Below the pieces are notes generated by a model. The model did no database searches and was not told where the DNA came from. It was given only the letters and a program-made list of their open reading frames with translations. Shown here piece by piece: positions 36,369 through 48,042 of a stretch of DNA of 64,000 bases. The stretch is from positions 669,373-733,372 of the forward strand of contig OY970378.1 of the NCBI GenBank assembly GCA_963718875.1. Reading direction: 5' to 3'. The position numbers were made by a program, and so were the translations under genes. The stretch comes from Candidatus Parcubacteria bacterium (lineage in GTDB: Bacteria > Patescibacteriota > Saccharimonadia > UBA4664 > JBIOIQ01). Position 1 is the stretch's first letter. Each line of letters starts with the position of its first letter.

Positions 36369-39300
36369 TTAAGCAGTTTTCTCATCTGCCGTCAATACTG
36401 GTACTATCTCTGGTTGTATTGACTGAGAGGGTAAATTGCCATCTTCGTCGCGGAAGCCGGTGCCTACGGGGATCAACCGACCAATAATGACGTTCTCTTT
36501 GAGCCCTCTCAAACGGTCAACCTTGCCCCGGATGGCCGCATTAATTAAGACCCGAGTCGTGTCTTGAAAGCTGGCGGCCGACAGGAATGAGTCGCTTGAA
36601 AGTGAGATCTTTGAAACTCCCAACAAAAGCTGTGTATATGTAGCTTGGTCTTTACCGGCTTTTACTAGCTCGCGGTTTTCTTCTTCCACGGCTACGCGAC
36701 TGACAATGTCTCCACTGACATATAGGGTGTTGCCTGGCTCCTCAATCTGAACCCTGGAAAACATTTGGCGAATTACGACTTCGATGTGTTTGTCAGATAT
36801 TGGTTGTCCTTGTGAGGCGTAGATTGATTGCACCTCTGCCACGATGTAACGTTGAACTACCGGCTCTCCTAGCAATTGCTGCATCTCTTGAAGGTTAATC
36901 GAACCTTCGGTCAGTCTTTGACCTACACTTACCAGGTCTCCATTGGAAACTTCCAATGATTGGTAGTTGGGAATTACATATTCATGCTCGTTGCCGCCAG
37001 CATGACTTAGTAGAATCTTGTCTTTTGCGACTTTAACGCTGCCTTCGGCTTTGGCCTTGAGGGCATGTTTCCCATTTGCGTCAGCCGCTAGAATGTCACC
37101 AATATTTACCTTGTCGCCAGATTTAACACTTGGTTTGCGGTCGCCCAACTCATATTCTGTAATTTTTAGGTCGGCCGGTGTAATACGAACGACATGCTTA
37201 CCAGGAGCTTCCTTAATGGTCACAACGCCTGTTGCCTCAGCCAGTACAGCTTGGCCTTTGGGGTTGCGCGCTTCAAATATTTCCTCTACTCGGGGCAAAC
37301 CGGTGGTTATGTCTTCTCCAGCTACTCCACCCTTATGGAAAGTTTTCATGGTCAACTGCGTTCCAGGTTCGCCAATTGATTGGGCAGCAATAACGCCTAC
37401 TGGCTCGCCCATGGCCACTATGGTGCCACGAGCAAGATCGAGGCCATAACATTGCTGACAAATTCCCCAGAAAGTATGACATTTAAGGACGCTGCGTACT
37501 CTTACTGTGTCAACACCGGTTGAATTAATTTGAGCCGCGGCGTCATCGGTAATCATTTCCCCAGCCTTAGCTACGGTTTTCCCGTCAATTTTGACATCTA
37601 CTACCGCAACACGACCTGCAACACGATAAGCAAAGCTTTCGCCAATTGCTTCAGATTCGTGTCGGCTGACAATATTACCCTCGTTGTCGCCACAGTTGAT
37701 TTCGGTAATAATGACATCTTGGGCTACATCGACTAAACGCCTAGTCAGATAGCCTGACTCGGCTGTTTTGAGCGCAGTGTCGGTCAGTCCTTTTCGAGCC
37801 CCGTGTGTAGAGCTAAAGTATTCGAGTACAGTAAAGCCCTCTTTGTAGTTGCTTTTAACAGGCAGCTCAATAGTTCGGCCAGCAGGGTCGGCCACAAGGC
37901 CTAACATTCCGGAAATTTGGTTGGCTTGACTTAAATCACCTCGTGCACCAGAGTCGATAAAGACGTTGGTACTAGTGGGGTTGGCTTGTAGGGCCACATC
38001 AAGCGCAATGGTAATTTTCTTGTTGGCTTCCTTCCAAACATCGACAGTTCGCTCATAACGCTCATTTTCGGTCATGAAACCTTGCTCGTATTGGCGGCTA
38101 ATAGCAACTGCTTGCTTTTCAGACGCATCAATAATGGATTGTTTGTCAGGAGGAATGATGTAGTCGTCCAAACCAATTGAAATTCCTGAAAGTGTGGCAT
38201 GCTTGAAGCCAAGGTCCTTAATGTCATCCACTACACGGGCAGTTACTTCGGTACCTGCAGTAACAAATATGTCTGCTATTAAACGCTGTAAGACTTTCTT
38301 GGTCATAGTGTCGTTATGGAAGCCGAAGTTTTCCGGAATTATTTCGTTAAACAAGATCCGGCCAACAGTCGTTACAAGCATTTCCCCCTCAATCCGGACC
38401 TGGATAGGTGTTTGAAGTGTTATCTGACCTAAATCATGGGTGGTTATAGCTTCATTGGTAGTACTGAAGCGACGCACAGGCTTGTCGAGACCAAACTTAT
38501 CGTAAGTCAGGTAGTAAGCCCCGAGAACCATGTCTTTGGTCGGGTCTACCACTACCGCACCGTCAGCTGGCTTGAGTAAATTCTTAGTAGCAAGCATGAT
38601 TTCGCGAGCTTCGCGTTGGGCTGCATCGCTAAGCGGTACATGCACGGCCATTTGGTCCCCATCGAAGTCCGCATTAAAAGCAGTACACACTAGGGGATGC
38701 AATTGTATTGCCTTCCCTTCGATCAAAATGGGTTGAAAAGCTTGAATTCCGAGACGATGAAGAGTGGGGGCGCGATTTAGTAACACATATTTGTCAGCAA
38801 TTATCTCTTCAAGGGCATCCCATACCTCGTTGCGTCCGCGTTCGATCATGCGCGAAGCACTTTTAACATTGTGTGCTAAATCCTGCTCAATTAGTCGGCC
38901 AATAACAAAAGGCTTAAACAGTTCCAGGGCCATCATTTTTGGTAATCCGCATTGGTATAGCTTGAGATTAGGTCCTGATACAATCACACTCCTCCCCGAG
39001 TAGTCAACCCGCTTACCGAGCAGGTTTTGGCGGAATCGGCCCTGTTTTCCCTTAAGCATGTCGGACAAACTCTTAAGCTTGCGACGAACGCCAGTCGAGC
39101 TAACGGCACGCTCACGGCGAGCATTGTTGTCGATAAGAGCGTCAACGGCTTCCTGCAGCATGCGCTTTTCGTTGCGTTGAATCACCTCTGGGGCATCCAA
39201 GTCAATAAGCCGTTTTAAGCGATTGTTACGGTTGATTACTCGTCGATACAAGTCATTTAAGTCAGAAGCAGCAAAGCGACCACCAGCTAGCTGAACCATA

Positions 39301-40220
39301 GGACGAAGATCCGGTGGAATAACAGGCAATTCGGTTATGACCATCCACTCGGGACGAATATTGGCACTTTTCATACCCTCGAGCATTTTTAAACGTTTAA
39401 AGGTTTTCTTGCGCTTCTGGCCTTGACTATCTTCAGCTTCTTGAGTGAGTGTTTCAACCATGGCATCTAGGTCAACACTCGCGAGTAGCTCCCGTATTGC
39501 TTCAGCTCCGATGCCCGCCGTAAACATTTTGGGATAGCGCGTAGCGAGGTCGCGATAACGACTTTCGCTTAATAGCTGCAACCGGTTAAGCCCTTCTAGC
39601 TCGGTTTTTGTAGCTGCAAAACTGGCATCAAGATCTGTCAACGCTGAGCTTTGTGAAGCCGCTACGGCTTTAATATCGGCTTCAGGTGCGCCTGCTCGCT
39701 CTTCATGGTCTTTGCTAATTTCCGTCCTTTGACTTTGATGCTCACTGATTAGGCTTGCTAGCGCAACACCGCGGGCATCTTCGTTTATATCTGTAACAAT
39801 ATAATTTGCAAAATACGATACCCGCTCAAGATCTCGAATGCTCATATTTAGAATCAAACCAATGCTCGATGGTGTCCCACGTAAGAACCAGATATGACTA
39901 ACCGGGACTGCAAGGGTAATGTGCCCCATGCGCTCGCGGCGAACAATGCTCCTGGTTACTCGGACTCCACATTTATCACAAACCACGTCTTTATAGCGAA
40001 TGCGCTTGTATTTGCCGCAATAGCATTCCCAGTCTTTGGTGGGTCCAAAAATTTTTTCACAAAATAATCCATCTTTTTCTGGCTTTTGAGTGCGATAATT
40101 GATGGTTTCGGGTTTTGTTACCTCGCCATGAGACCAATCTAAAATCTGCTCCGGGGAAGCCAAGCTTAGTCGTACGGCATCAAACTCACTGGTTTGCTGT
40201 TCGAGTAATGCGTCATTCAT
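36369..40220 (-). CDS. rpoC: DNA-directed RNA polymerase subunit beta'
   Basis: 1283 aa; zinc-binding [30 protein letters not shown] catalytic motif. Confidence 0.97.
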   Translation of the reverse strand: MNDALLEQQTSEFDAVRLSLASPEQILDWSHGEVTKPETINYRTQKPEKDGLFCEKIFGPTKDWECYCGKYKRIRYKDVVCDKCGVRVTRSIVRRERMGHITLAVPVSHIWFLRGTPSSIGLILNMSIRDLERVSYFANYIVTDINEDARGVALASLISEHQSQRTEISKDHEERAGAPEADIKAVAASQSSALTDLDASFAATKTELEGLNRLQLLSESRYRDLATRYPKMFTAGIGAEAIRELLASVDLDAMVETLTQEAEDSQGQKRKKTFKRLKMLEGMKSANIRPEWMVITELPVIPPDLRPMVQLAGGRFAASDLNDLYRRVINRNNRLKRLIDLDAPEVIQRNEKRMLQEAVDALIDNNARRERAVSSTGVRRKLKSLSDMLKGKQGRFRQNLLGKRVDYSGRSVIVSGPNLKLYQCGLPKMMALELFKPFVIGRLIEQDLAHNVKSASRMIERGRNEVWDALEEIIADKYVLLNRAPTLHRLGIQAFQPILIEGKAIQLHPLVCTAFNADFDGDQMAVHVPLSDAAQREAREIMLATKNLLKPADGAVVVDPTKDMVLGAYYLTYDKFGLDKPVRRFSTTNEAITTHDLGQITLQTPIQVRIEGEMLVTTVGRILFNEIIPENFGFHNDTMTKKVLQRLIADIFVTAGTEVTARVVDDIKDLGFKHATLSGISIGLDDYIIPPDKQSIIDASEKQAVAISRQYEQGFMTENERYERTVDVWKEANKKITIALDVALQANPTSTNVFIDSGARGDLSQANQISGMLGLVADPAGRTIELPVKSNYKEGFTVLEYFSSTHGARKGLTDTALKTAESGYLTRRLVDVAQDVIITEINCGDNEGNIVSRHESEAIGESFAYRVAGRVAVVDVKIDGKTVAKAGEMITDDAAAQINSTGVDTVRVRSVLKCHTFWGICQQCYGLDLARGTIVAMGEPVGVIAAQSIGEPGTQLTMKTFHKGGVAGEDITTGLPRVEEIFEARNPKGQAVLAEATGVVTIKEAPGKHVVRITPADLKITEYELGDRKPSVKSGDKVNIGDILAADANGKHALKAKAEGSVKVAKDKILLSHAGGNEHEYVIPNYQSLEVSNGDLVSVGQRLTEGSINLQEMQQLLGEPVVQRYIVAEVQSIYASQGQPISDKHIEVVIRQMFSRVQIEEPGNTLYVSGDIVSRVAVEEENRELVKAGKDQATYTQLLLGVSKISLSSDSFLSAASFQDTTRVLINAAIRGKVDRLRGLKENVIIGRLIPVGTGFRDEDGNLPSQSIQPEIVPVLTADEKTA

Positions 40221-40222
40221 TT

Positions 40223-43200
40223 TTATACTTCCTCCTCTTGCATAGCTGATGGGTTGGTTGTTTCGTTCACTTCACTTAATACTTCGAATTGGTTTTCTTC
40301 ACCAGCCGCTAGGTCTACTAGAGGCATGTCGGAAACTGCGTCACCTATAACCAGTGGTTCAGATCCCAGAGAATCAACATCAGCTTCGAGTTCGCTTGCA
40401 ATGAGGTCCTCAGCGTCTACTTCCAACTCTGTGTCGGCAAATTCCTTGATCAACTCTACGCCTAGACCTAAACTCTGAAGCTCTTTGACTAAAACATTGA
40501 ATGATTCTGGAATGCGGGGGCCTCTAATTTGCTCGTTTTTGATGATAGCCTCGTAGGCTTTGGAGCGGCCGACTACGTCATCTGATTTAATTGTTAGGAT
40601 TTCTTGTAAAGTATTGGCCGCACCATAGGCTTCTAGCGCCCAAACTTCCATTTCTCCAAATCGCTGTCCGCCCATCTGGGCTTTACCGCCTAATGGCTGT
40701 TGAGTAACCATGGCGTATGGGCCTGTAGAACGAGCGTGGATTTTGTCGTCCACCATATGATGAAGCTTAAGCATGTACTTATATCCAACAGTCGTTCGTT
40801 CCTGGAAAGGTTCACCCGTCAAACCATCAAACAATTGGACCTTGCCGTCTTCAGGTAAATTGGCTTTTTTGAGTTCCGCCTTGATTTGTTCGACGCTTAC
40901 TCCGCCAAAAACCGGACTTGCAACAGTATAACCCAAGGTTTTTGCTGCCCAACCTAGATGGGTCTCAAAAATTTGGCCTATGTTCATACGGGCGCCTACC
41001 CCAAGAGGATTGAGACAGATGTCAACTGGAGTTCCGTCTTCTAGGAATGGCATGTCTTCAACCGGTAAAATTCGAGCAATAACACCTTTATTGCCATGTC
41101 TTCCGGCCATTTTGTCGCCCACGCTGATTTTGCGCATTTGAGCCACCGATACGTGCATCTGCTCAATTACACCTGCAGGTAGCTCATCGCCATTTTCGCG
41201 TGAGAATACTTTTACGCCAACTATCTTACCACTTTCGCCATTTGGCATTCGTAGGCTTGTATCTTTGACGTCGCGAGCCTTTTCGCCAAAGATTGCTCGC
41301 AAAAGTTTTTCTTCACTCGAAAGTTCTTGTTCGCCTTTAGGAGTAATTTTACCGACGAGGATATCACCTGCGCGAACTTCCGCACCTATGCGGATAATGC
41401 CGGTTTCATCTAAGTCTTTTAGGCTTTCTTCCGAGACGTTAGCGATATCGCGAGTTATGACTTCGGCGCCAAGTTTGGTATCACGAACATCTACAGGATA
41501 AGTTTCAATGTGAATTGAAGTGTAGCGGTCGTCTTGGACTAAACGTTGACTAATCACGATGGCATCTTCGTAATTGTAACCGCCCCAGTTCATGAATGCT
41601 ACCAAAACGTTTTGACCCAACGCCAACTCACCATCCTTAGTGCTCATTCCATCAACCAGAACATCACCCTTTTTAACTTGCTCACCGCCGCTTACTACCA
41701 CTTTTTGATGAATGCTGGTACCAACATTGCTACGCACGAAGTTAAGCAATTCGTAAGTCTTCGTTTCTCCCTGCTTGTATGTAACAGTTACTGATTGAGC
41801 GTTAGCGTTGTCTACTACCCCATCATTTTCAGCTAAAATTATTTGACCGGAGTCTTTGGCTACTATGCCTTCCATACCTGTACCTACAACTGGAGCCTCA
41901 GGACGAACCAGAGCCACAGCTTGCTTTTGCATATTGGCACCCATAAGGGCACGACGGGCATAGTCGTGTTCAAGGAAGGGGATCAGAGCGGCTGATACAC
42001 TAACAATTTGGCGACTTGATACATCCATGAATCCCACATTGTTGGCTGACTCTTCTTCGGCTTCTCCTGAGCGTCTCACGGCAACACGATCATCCACAAA
42101 ATAGCCATCATCGTTGATGATAGTGTTAGCTTGAGTGATAACAGCATGTTCTTCGTCAGCTGCATCCAAATAAACAATCTCTTCGGTTACTCTGGCTTTA
42201 ACAGGTATGGTTGGTTTCCCTATTTTTGACAATTTGACGGTTTGAGCGGCTGTAATTTTGTCACCCGGCTTAACAATTTCTTTGCCGCTGGCGTCTTTGA
42301 TAGTAGTACGGGCAATGTGGCCTTCGGCTTTATCAGGCGAAACTTCGTTTAGGACCAGTCTATAGGGGGTTTCAATGAAACCATATTCATTGACTTTGGC
42401 ATAACTTGCAAGATTGGATACCAGACCGATGTTTGGACCTTCGGGTGTTTCGATCGGGCACATACGTCCATAGTGAGTCTTATGTACATCACGTACTTCA
42501 AACCCAGCTCTTTCTCGGCTGAGACCACCTGGTCCCATGGCGTTGAGACGTCGCTTGTGAACTGTTTCAGCTAAGGGATTTATCTGATCCATAAATTGCG
42601 ACAGCTGTGAACTAGCAAAAAACTCTCTTACGCTGGCTACGATAGGACGAACATTAATCAGCTGCCCAGGAGTGACTGTTTGGGTGTCGTAGACACTCAT
42701 ACGGTCCTTGACAATCCGCTCCATTCTGAGTAAACCAACTCGGAACTTAGCTTGGATAAGCTCGCCAACCATTTTTAGGCGGCGATTCGCTAAATTGTCG
42801 ATGTCATCTGGTGTACCTTGAGTGTTATATAGATGAATAATTTCTTTGACGATTTCAACCAAATCTTCGCGTCGCAAAACTCGGTTTTCAAGAATGTTTT
42901 CGATGTCTAAGCCTAGTCGTTTATTGAGCTTATATCGGCCAACTTTGGACAAATCATAGCGCTTGGAATCAAAAAACATTGATTCAATCAAGGCTTTCGA
43001 GTTATCAACCGTAGCTAGATCTCCCGGGCGGATGCGGCGATAGACTTCCATTAGGGCTTCACTCATGGTATGGGCAGGGTCTTTGTCGAGAGTTTCGTTA
43101 ATAAGCTTAATGTCGCCCGTGTCGATCTCTTTAAATAGAGCCTTGATTTCATCGTCGGTACCATAGCCGAACGCTCGGAGTAATGTCGTGATTGGCAGCT

Positions 43201-43786
43201 TACGCTTGCGATCAATTTTTACAGATATGACCCCGTTTGCACTCGTATCCAGCTCGAGCCATGCGCCTCGACTTGGAATAACCTTGGCACCGTAAAGCTC
43301 AAGACCGCTGGCATTGTCGGAAGTAAAAAATACGCCTGGCGAACGTACTAGTTGAGAGACTACTACTCGCTCTACCCCATTAATTACGAACGTTCCTCGC
43401 TCAGTCATCCACGGGTAGTCACCCAAAAATATTTCTTGATCTTTTACTTCGCCGGTCTCTTTATTAACAAGCTGTACAAGCGCTTTTAAAGGTACTTCAT
43501 AAGAGATGTTCTTGGCTTTGGCTTCACGCTCACTATACTTTGGCTCTTCAAAATGAAAGCCTTTAAAATAAAGGGCCAATGTTTTACCGGTAAAGTCCTC
43601 AATTGGACTAACTTCAGCTAATAACTCTTTTAATCCTTCTTGAATAAACCATTCAAATGATTGTGTTTGGATTTCAATTAAGTTTGGAAGTGGCAACACT
43701 TCTATCACAGGATTCAAATACTTACGGCTAGTGGCACCATTTTTGGCCAAAATAAACTCCTTTGGTCGTTTTTGAGCATTTAGCAA
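40223..43786 (-). CDS. rpoB: DNA-directed RNA polymerase subunit beta (the longest ORF starts at TTG 43786; a better SD-spaced TTG at 43750 is the more likely start)
   Basis: 1187 aa with conserved rpoB blocks; AAGGAG 6 nt upstream of the TTG at 43748-43750. Confidence 0.95.
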   Translation of the reverse strand: MLNAQKRPKEFILAKNGATSRKYLNPVIEVLPLPNLIEIQTQSFEWFIQEGLKELLAEVSPIEDFTGKTLALYFKGFHFEEPKYSEREAKAKNISYEVPLKALVQLVNKETGEVKDQEIFLGDYPWMTERGTFVINGVERVVVSQLVRSPGVFFTSDNASGLELYGAKVIPSRGAWLELDTSANGVISVKIDRKRKLPITTLLRAFGYGTDDEIKALFKEIDTGDIKLINETLDKDPAHTMSEALMEVYRRIRPGDLATVDNSKALIESMFFDSKRYDLSKVGRYKLNKRLGLDIENILENRVLRREDLVEIVKEIIHLYNTQGTPDDIDNLANRRLKMVGELIQAKFRVGLLRMERIVKDRMSVYDTQTVTPGQLINVRPIVASVREFFASSQLSQFMDQINPLAETVHKRRLNAMGPGGLSRERAGFEVRDVHKTHYGRMCPIETPEGPNIGLVSNLASYAKVNEYGFIETPYRLVLNEVSPDKAEGHIARTTIKDASGKEIVKPGDKITAAQTVKLSKIGKPTIPVKARVTEEIVYLDAADEEHAVITQANTIINDDGYFVDDRVAVRRSGEAEEESANNVGFMDVSSRQIVSVSAALIPFLEHDYARRALMGANMQKQAVALVRPEAPVVGTGMEGIVAKDSGQIILAENDGVVDNANAQSVTVTYKQGETKTYELLNFVRSNVGTSIHQKVVVSGGEQVKKGDVLVDGMSTKDGELALGQNVLVAFMNWGGYNYEDAIVISQRLVQDDRYTSIHIETYPVDVRDTKLGAEVITRDIANVSEESLKDLDETGIIRIGAEVRAGDILVGKITPKGEQELSSEEKLLRAIFGEKARDVKDTSLRMPNGESGKIVGVKVFSRENGDELPAGVIEQMHVSVAQMRKISVGDKMAGRHGNKGVIARILPVEDMPFLEDGTPVDICLNPLGVGARMNIGQIFETHLGWAAKTLGYTVASPVFGGVSVEQIKAELKKANLPEDGKVQLFDGLTGEPFQERTTVGYKYMLKLHHMVDDKIHARSTGPYAMVTQQPLGGKAQMGGQRFGEMEVWALEAYGAANTLQEILTIKSDDVVGRSKAYEAIIKNEQIRGPRIPESFNVLVKELQSLGLGVELIKEFADTELEVDAEDLIASELEADVDSLGSEPLVIGDAVSDMPLVDLAAGEENQFEVLSEVNETTNPSAMQEEEV

Positions 43787-44063
43787 TAGGTGCGCCCGAT
43801 CAACAGTTTATAAATTTGGCTGTCGATAAAGCGCTCAAAGCGCAGCTCAATTTACGTAATAATGTAATATTAAGGAGGTTTTTCTAAATCGTTATAATGG
43901 CAGCTTGCGCTAGAACAAGCTGCTGTACACATAAAACCTAGGGAATTACTCCCTAGTCGATTGATTTAAGCATCCTCTTGGGATCTATTTTGACTCACCT
44001 CCTCAAAACTGTCAAGGAGTTTTTACGACTTTGACGCTTTAACATAGATGGGCCGTCAGGTTT

Positions 44064-45341
44064 TTAGGTTTTTGGCTTAAAACTGGTGTAGCTTTTACCG
44101 TATTGGGCTACAGCATAAGATAACAACAACAGTCCCGTGAGGCCAATTACTTTGGTCACACTCAGAGTATCGGCCAGCACGCCGGCGAGTAGAACTGGAG
44201 CGGTGGCTGCCAAATTGATGAGCGTGTAAAGCACCCCAAATACCGTGCCACGCATTTTTTCTTCGCTCATTTCGTGAAGTAAAGTTTGTGCAGACACGCT
44301 TATTATGGCCACTGTGACACCAAGAATAAATAGCATGATGGCTACAATCCGCTCAACCCCAACCTCGCTAGCGAGCGCGTGTCCGCTGAATTGTCTGTAC
44401 AAAAGACCCGTGGCGCCCAACAAGGTTAAGGTAATTCCTGCAATCACTAAGTCCGCTTTAACTAGTTTGGATTTGGGAAAATGTTTAGTAAGCCGACTAA
44501 CACTAAGGACGCCCAACAGCATGCCTAACCCTGCTGGCACCACCAAATAAAGGCTAGAGTCTTGGAGGGGCTGTTTCAAGAGGGCCAGGGAGAGGGCTGG
44601 AGCAAGTGTCAATACAACACTTATAACGGCTTGCACTATCATGAGTTGAATTATGGGGTAGCGTAGATTAGGGTCGCGAAATACAAGTTTACGTCCTGCC
44701 TGGACGTCGTGGAGCGTAACTCGCCAGAGCTGGCGTAAGCTAATGTTGCCGGATTTTTTTCCCCCAAGATTGGGAAGTAAGATTGCCAGTATGGTTGCTA
44801 AGCCAAAAAAGCCGGCTGCTATTAGATACGGCGCTTGAGCTCCAAAAAGCTTGATGACTGGAGCCGAGGCAGAATATCCGATTATGAAGGTTGCATAAAA
44901 AGTTGTCACAAACAACCCGTTGGCTTTTACTAAATTTTTTGCCCGGGAAACAATCGGGATACTAGCCGCTTCAGCCGGAGCAAAGAATTGAGTTGCCGAA
45001 GACATTAAAAAGGCCAGAATCATAACTATAATTAAGTTATGCTCGAATACCAAAAATCCCAACACTACGATTGAGCGGAAAAAATTTGACATTACTAAGA
45101 CTTTGCGCCTATCCCAATGATCAACATAAACGCCAGCCAATGATGACAATAAAACTGCCGGTATACCAAACGAAAGAATAAGCAGCGCTACCGCAATGTT
45201 TGCGAATCTGCCTCCTTGCGTAAGTTCAAATATACGTATGATTAACGCAAAATTAAGTAAATTCTGCGCAATTAGAGACAAAATTTGGGAAGTCCAGAGC
45301 TTTACAAAATTTCGATCCCGTACTACCTCAGTATAACTCAA
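44064..45341 (-). CDS. MFS-type transporter (12 TM)
   Basis: 425 aa with 12 hydrophobic segments and a conserved GxxxDrxgrR-like loop (VYVDHWDRRKV). Confidence 0.7.
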   Translation of the reverse strand: MSYTEVVRDRNFVKLWTSQILSLIAQNLLNFALIIRIFELTQGGRFANIAVALLILSFGIPAVLLSSLAGVYVDHWDRRKVLVMSNFFRSIVVLGFLVFEHNLIIVMILAFLMSSATQFFAPAEAASIPIVSRAKNLVKANGLFVTTFYATFIIGYSASAPVIKLFGAQAPYLIAAGFFGLATILAILLPNLGGKKSGNISLRQLWRVTLHDVQAGRKLVFRDPNLRYPIIQLMIVQAVISVVLTLAPALSLALLKQPLQDSSLYLVVPAGLGMLLGVLSVSRLTKHFPKSKLVKADLVIAGITLTLLGATGLLYRQFSGHALASEVGVERIVAIMLFILGVTVAIISVSAQTLLHEMSEEKMRGTVFGVLYTLINLAATAPVLLAGVLADTLSVTKVIGLTGLLLLSYAVAQYGKSYTSFKPKT

Positions 45342-45409
45342 ATTTGAATGGCTCCATTTTTTAGTACTTGCCTATATTACACTAACTATAAGCATTTTCA
45401 CCAAATTAG

Positions 45410-46024
45410 TTATATGTTTTTGCTTGGCTTTCCAGTCATAATGTCATCAATCAATCCATAGGCTTTGGCTTCGCTGGCACTCATGTAGTAGTCGCGATCA
45501 GTATCTTTAGTTACCTTTTCAAGCGGTTGCCCTGTTCGTTCTGACAGTATTTGATCTAGTTTTTGTCTCGAAGCTAAAACTTCACGAGCAGTAATTTCGA
45601 TATCAGATGGCGACCCAGAAAAACCGGCTGATCCTTGATGTATCATAATTTTGGCGTTAGGCAAAGCAAAGCGCTTGCCTTTTGTACCGGCAGCCAGTAA
45701 AACTGCGCCCATACTCATAGCCATTCCGACTACAATAGTTGAAACATTTGGACGGATATAGTTCATGGTGTCAAACATAGCCATTCCCGCATAAACACTC
45801 CCGCCAGGAGAGTTGATGTATAACGAAATATCCTTGTTAGGGTCTTCACTTTCAAGAAACAACATTTGAGCAATAATCAAATTTGCAACCGTCTCGTCGA
45901 TTTCAGTACCGAGAAAAATGATGCGGTCTTTTAGTAATCGAGAATAAATATCGTAAGCTCGCTCACCCATAGATGTTTTTTCAATAACCGTCGGAATCAA
46001 GATTGAATTGTTTGGTCGTGTCAT
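45410..46024 (-). CDS. clpP: ATP-dependent Clp protease proteolytic subunit
   Basis: 204 aa; catalytic context [14 protein letters not shown] (Ser), HQGS... (His), ...YMSASEA... (Asp). Confidence 0.95.
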   Translation of the reverse strand: MTRPNNSILIPTVIEKTSMGERAYDIYSRLLKDRIIFLGTEIDETVANLIIAQMLFLESEDPNKDISLYINSPGGSVYAGMAMFDTMNYIRPNVSTIVVGMAMSMGAVLLAAGTKGKRFALPNAKIMIHQGSAGFSGSPSDIEITAREVLASRQKLDQILSERTGQPLEKVTKDTDRDYYMSASEAKAYGLIDDIMTGKPSKNI

Positions 46025-46043
46025 TTTATTTCCTTTTCTACAG

Positions 46044-46083
46044 ATTTATAATAGCACTCTAAAGTACCTGGGTGCTATTATAA
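46044..46083. promoter_or_regulatory. Perfect 13-bp inverted repeat TTTATAATAGCAC-N14-GTGCTATTATAAA between tig and clpP; CIRCE-like core (TAGCAC...GTGCTA)
   Basis: Palindrome 22-62 nt upstream of the clpP start; core resembles the HrcA operator CIRCE (TTAGCACTC-N9-GAGTGCTAA) with a 1-nt longer spacing. Confidence 0.35.
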
Positions 46084-46132
46084 ATGGCTATCCTACAAAC
46101 TGATCGTAATTCGATAATTGTCTGTTCATGCT

Positions 46133-47443
46133 CTAGCGTTTCTTAGCATTCTCCGCCACGTAATCCATAATCTTTGCAACAGTCTTACTTGCTAAAAGAT
46201 GGTTGTATATTTCGTCTTTAATTTCGCGACGCTCTAGCTCATCTTGCATTTGAGGATCCTGGTAGTCACTTTTAAGCCTGGCTAGCTCTGAGTTGATGTC
46301 TTCAGCACTAACCGTGATTTGCTCAGCTTTGGCAATTTGATTCAGTATTAATGCTAGTCCAACGCGCCGCTTTGCTGTTGGACGAAGCTCAGAATCTAGC
46401 TCTGTGGCAGTTTTCTTGGACAAGGTTAGGTATTTTTCTAGATCAAGCCCATTGCTAGCCAAACGATCTTCTAGCTCGGATTTAAGTCTAGTGATTTGAG
46501 CGTCTATGAGGCGCGGGGAGGCGCTCCATTTACTTTTATCCACAATCTGGTCAAGGATTGACTGCTCAAATTCTTGCATAGCATGATCATATTTTTCGGC
46601 TTTAATTCGAGCTTCAATATCAGCACGAAGTTCATCAACACTTGTAAGTGTACTTATTGAGGCAACAAAAGCCGCATCTACTGAGGGCAATTGGACTTCA
46701 TTCACTTTATGCAGGTTGACTTTAAACTCTACCTCAGCTCCCGCTAAATCAGACGCCTGATAGTCTTTTGGGAATGTAATTTTGAAGTTTTTAACTTGAC
46801 CCGCGGTGAGCCCGACAATTTTTTCTTCAAATCCTGGAATGAATGCGTTAGACCCCAGAGTGAGTGTGTAGTTCTTGGCTTGTGCGCCCGCAACTGGCTG
46901 ACCACCTTTGGATCCATCAAAATCAATATTAACTTCATCCCCAACCTGAGCAGCTCGTTGAACTTCGCTTTTAGTGGCCATCCGTTTGCGCAAATCTTCA
47001 ATTGTCTGATCTATTTCCGAGGGTTCTACTTTGACCTCCGGCTGGGGTTGGTTAATGGCCTTGTAGTCGAACAGTTTAATGTCTGGCATGATGTCGACTG
47101 TAGCCGTGTATTCTAGCTCAATAAAGGGCACAAATTTGGTCACATTCACTGAGGGAGGGGCAATTACTGCTAAGCCATGTTCGTTCAGGGCATGTGCATA
47201 GCTTTCGGAAATTGCTGCATCAAGAACTTCACTTTGCACTGTAGCATCGCCAAGTTCACGTTCCACTATGTGATCGGGCGCTTTACCTGGACGGAATCCT
47301 GCTACCTTCACTCTGTGCCGAAGTTTTTCAATTGTTGAGGTTTTGATCGATGCCAGGTGAGTATCATCAAGGACTACTGTAAAAGTAGTGTCCGTGTCGG
47401 TAGTTTTAGTTATAGCTGTTTTCATAGGTATTGATGTTAACAT
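46133..47443 (-). CDS. tig: Trigger factor
   Basis: 436 aa; N-terminal ribosome-binding domain, FKBP-like middle and C-terminal domain; followed by clpP as in many bacteria. Confidence 0.88.
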   Translation of the reverse strand: MLTSIPMKTAITKTTDTDTTFTVVLDDTHLASIKTSTIEKLRHRVKVAGFRPGKAPDHIVERELGDATVQSEVLDAAISESYAHALNEHGLAVIAPPSVNVTKFVPFIELEYTATVDIMPDIKLFDYKAINQPQPEVKVEPSEIDQTIEDLRKRMATKSEVQRAAQVGDEVNIDFDGSKGGQPVAGAQAKNYTLTLGSNAFIPGFEEKIVGLTAGQVKNFKITFPKDYQASDLAGAEVEFKVNLHKVNEVQLPSVDAAFVASISTLTSVDELRADIEARIKAEKYDHAMQEFEQSILDQIVDKSKWSASPRLIDAQITRLKSELEDRLASNGLDLEKYLTLSKKTATELDSELRPTAKRRVGLALILNQIAKAEQITVSAEDINSELARLKSDYQDPQMQDELERREIKDEIYNHLLASKTVAKIMDYVAENAKKR

Positions 47444-48042
47444 AAATGAGCCTAAGCGCCAACAAGCGGACTGTCTACTAAAACCGCAACAGCCGAGCTT
47501 TTAGGTAATGTAAACTGACATCCAAGAGTTCTTGGCGGCTTTTTAATGGCTTGTCTCTCTTAATAATACCGGGCAATCATCACAAAGCAGCTCTAAAGGT
47601 ATCAACCATACTCATCCAGTTGTGATGTTTTAGTTAGGTACCGCCAAACTGTTAGTAGTCAAAGTGCTTCGTCGGTAGATATCTTAAAAACGACATAAAG
47701 CACATCAAGTGGTCTTAGGTGGGTCTCTAGAACTAAAAATAAAAAGTACTGACAGCTTGGTGGTACTTAGCTGAATCAAGGTATGTTGGTGGGGCGGTAT
47801 TGGAACTTAAAAAATATGCTGCAAAACATCTGTGGGGTCTACGAGAAAGGTTTATAAAACATTCGTAACTGTGTGGCGATGTTTGACGAACCATAAGCTC
47901 CACTTATGACGACACCGCTTACACCACAAATAATTAATAGTGTCTGGGCCTCGGTATGACCCTACTAATTTTGTTTTAGTGTAATGCGTCAAAAAGCCAG
48001 CCGGGTAGGTAAAGTTTAATAAATGTTCTACTATAAACTGTA

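Noticed and set aside
36369-43786. Numerous 60-140-aa ORFs on the plus strand inside rpoC and rpoB (e.g. 37018-37449, 38194-38415, 41265-41501), and similar antisense ORFs inside fusA, tuf, the ABC-F gene, the ribosomal genes, recG, tig and the PBP
   Set aside because: They lie entirely antisense to long, well-supported genes and have low-complexity Ser/Arg/Ala-rich translations. That is typical of shadow ORFs. They have no start or SD context.
43868-43925. Perfect TAAGGAGGT Shine-Dalgarno-like sequence on the plus strand upstream of a 14-codon ORF (MAACARTSCCTHKT)
   Set aside because: The spacing from the SD to the ATG is ~17 nt, which is too long. The ORF is tiny and overlaps an inverted repeat in the rpoB leader. 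It is more likely part of the rpoB upstream regulatory region on the other strand.
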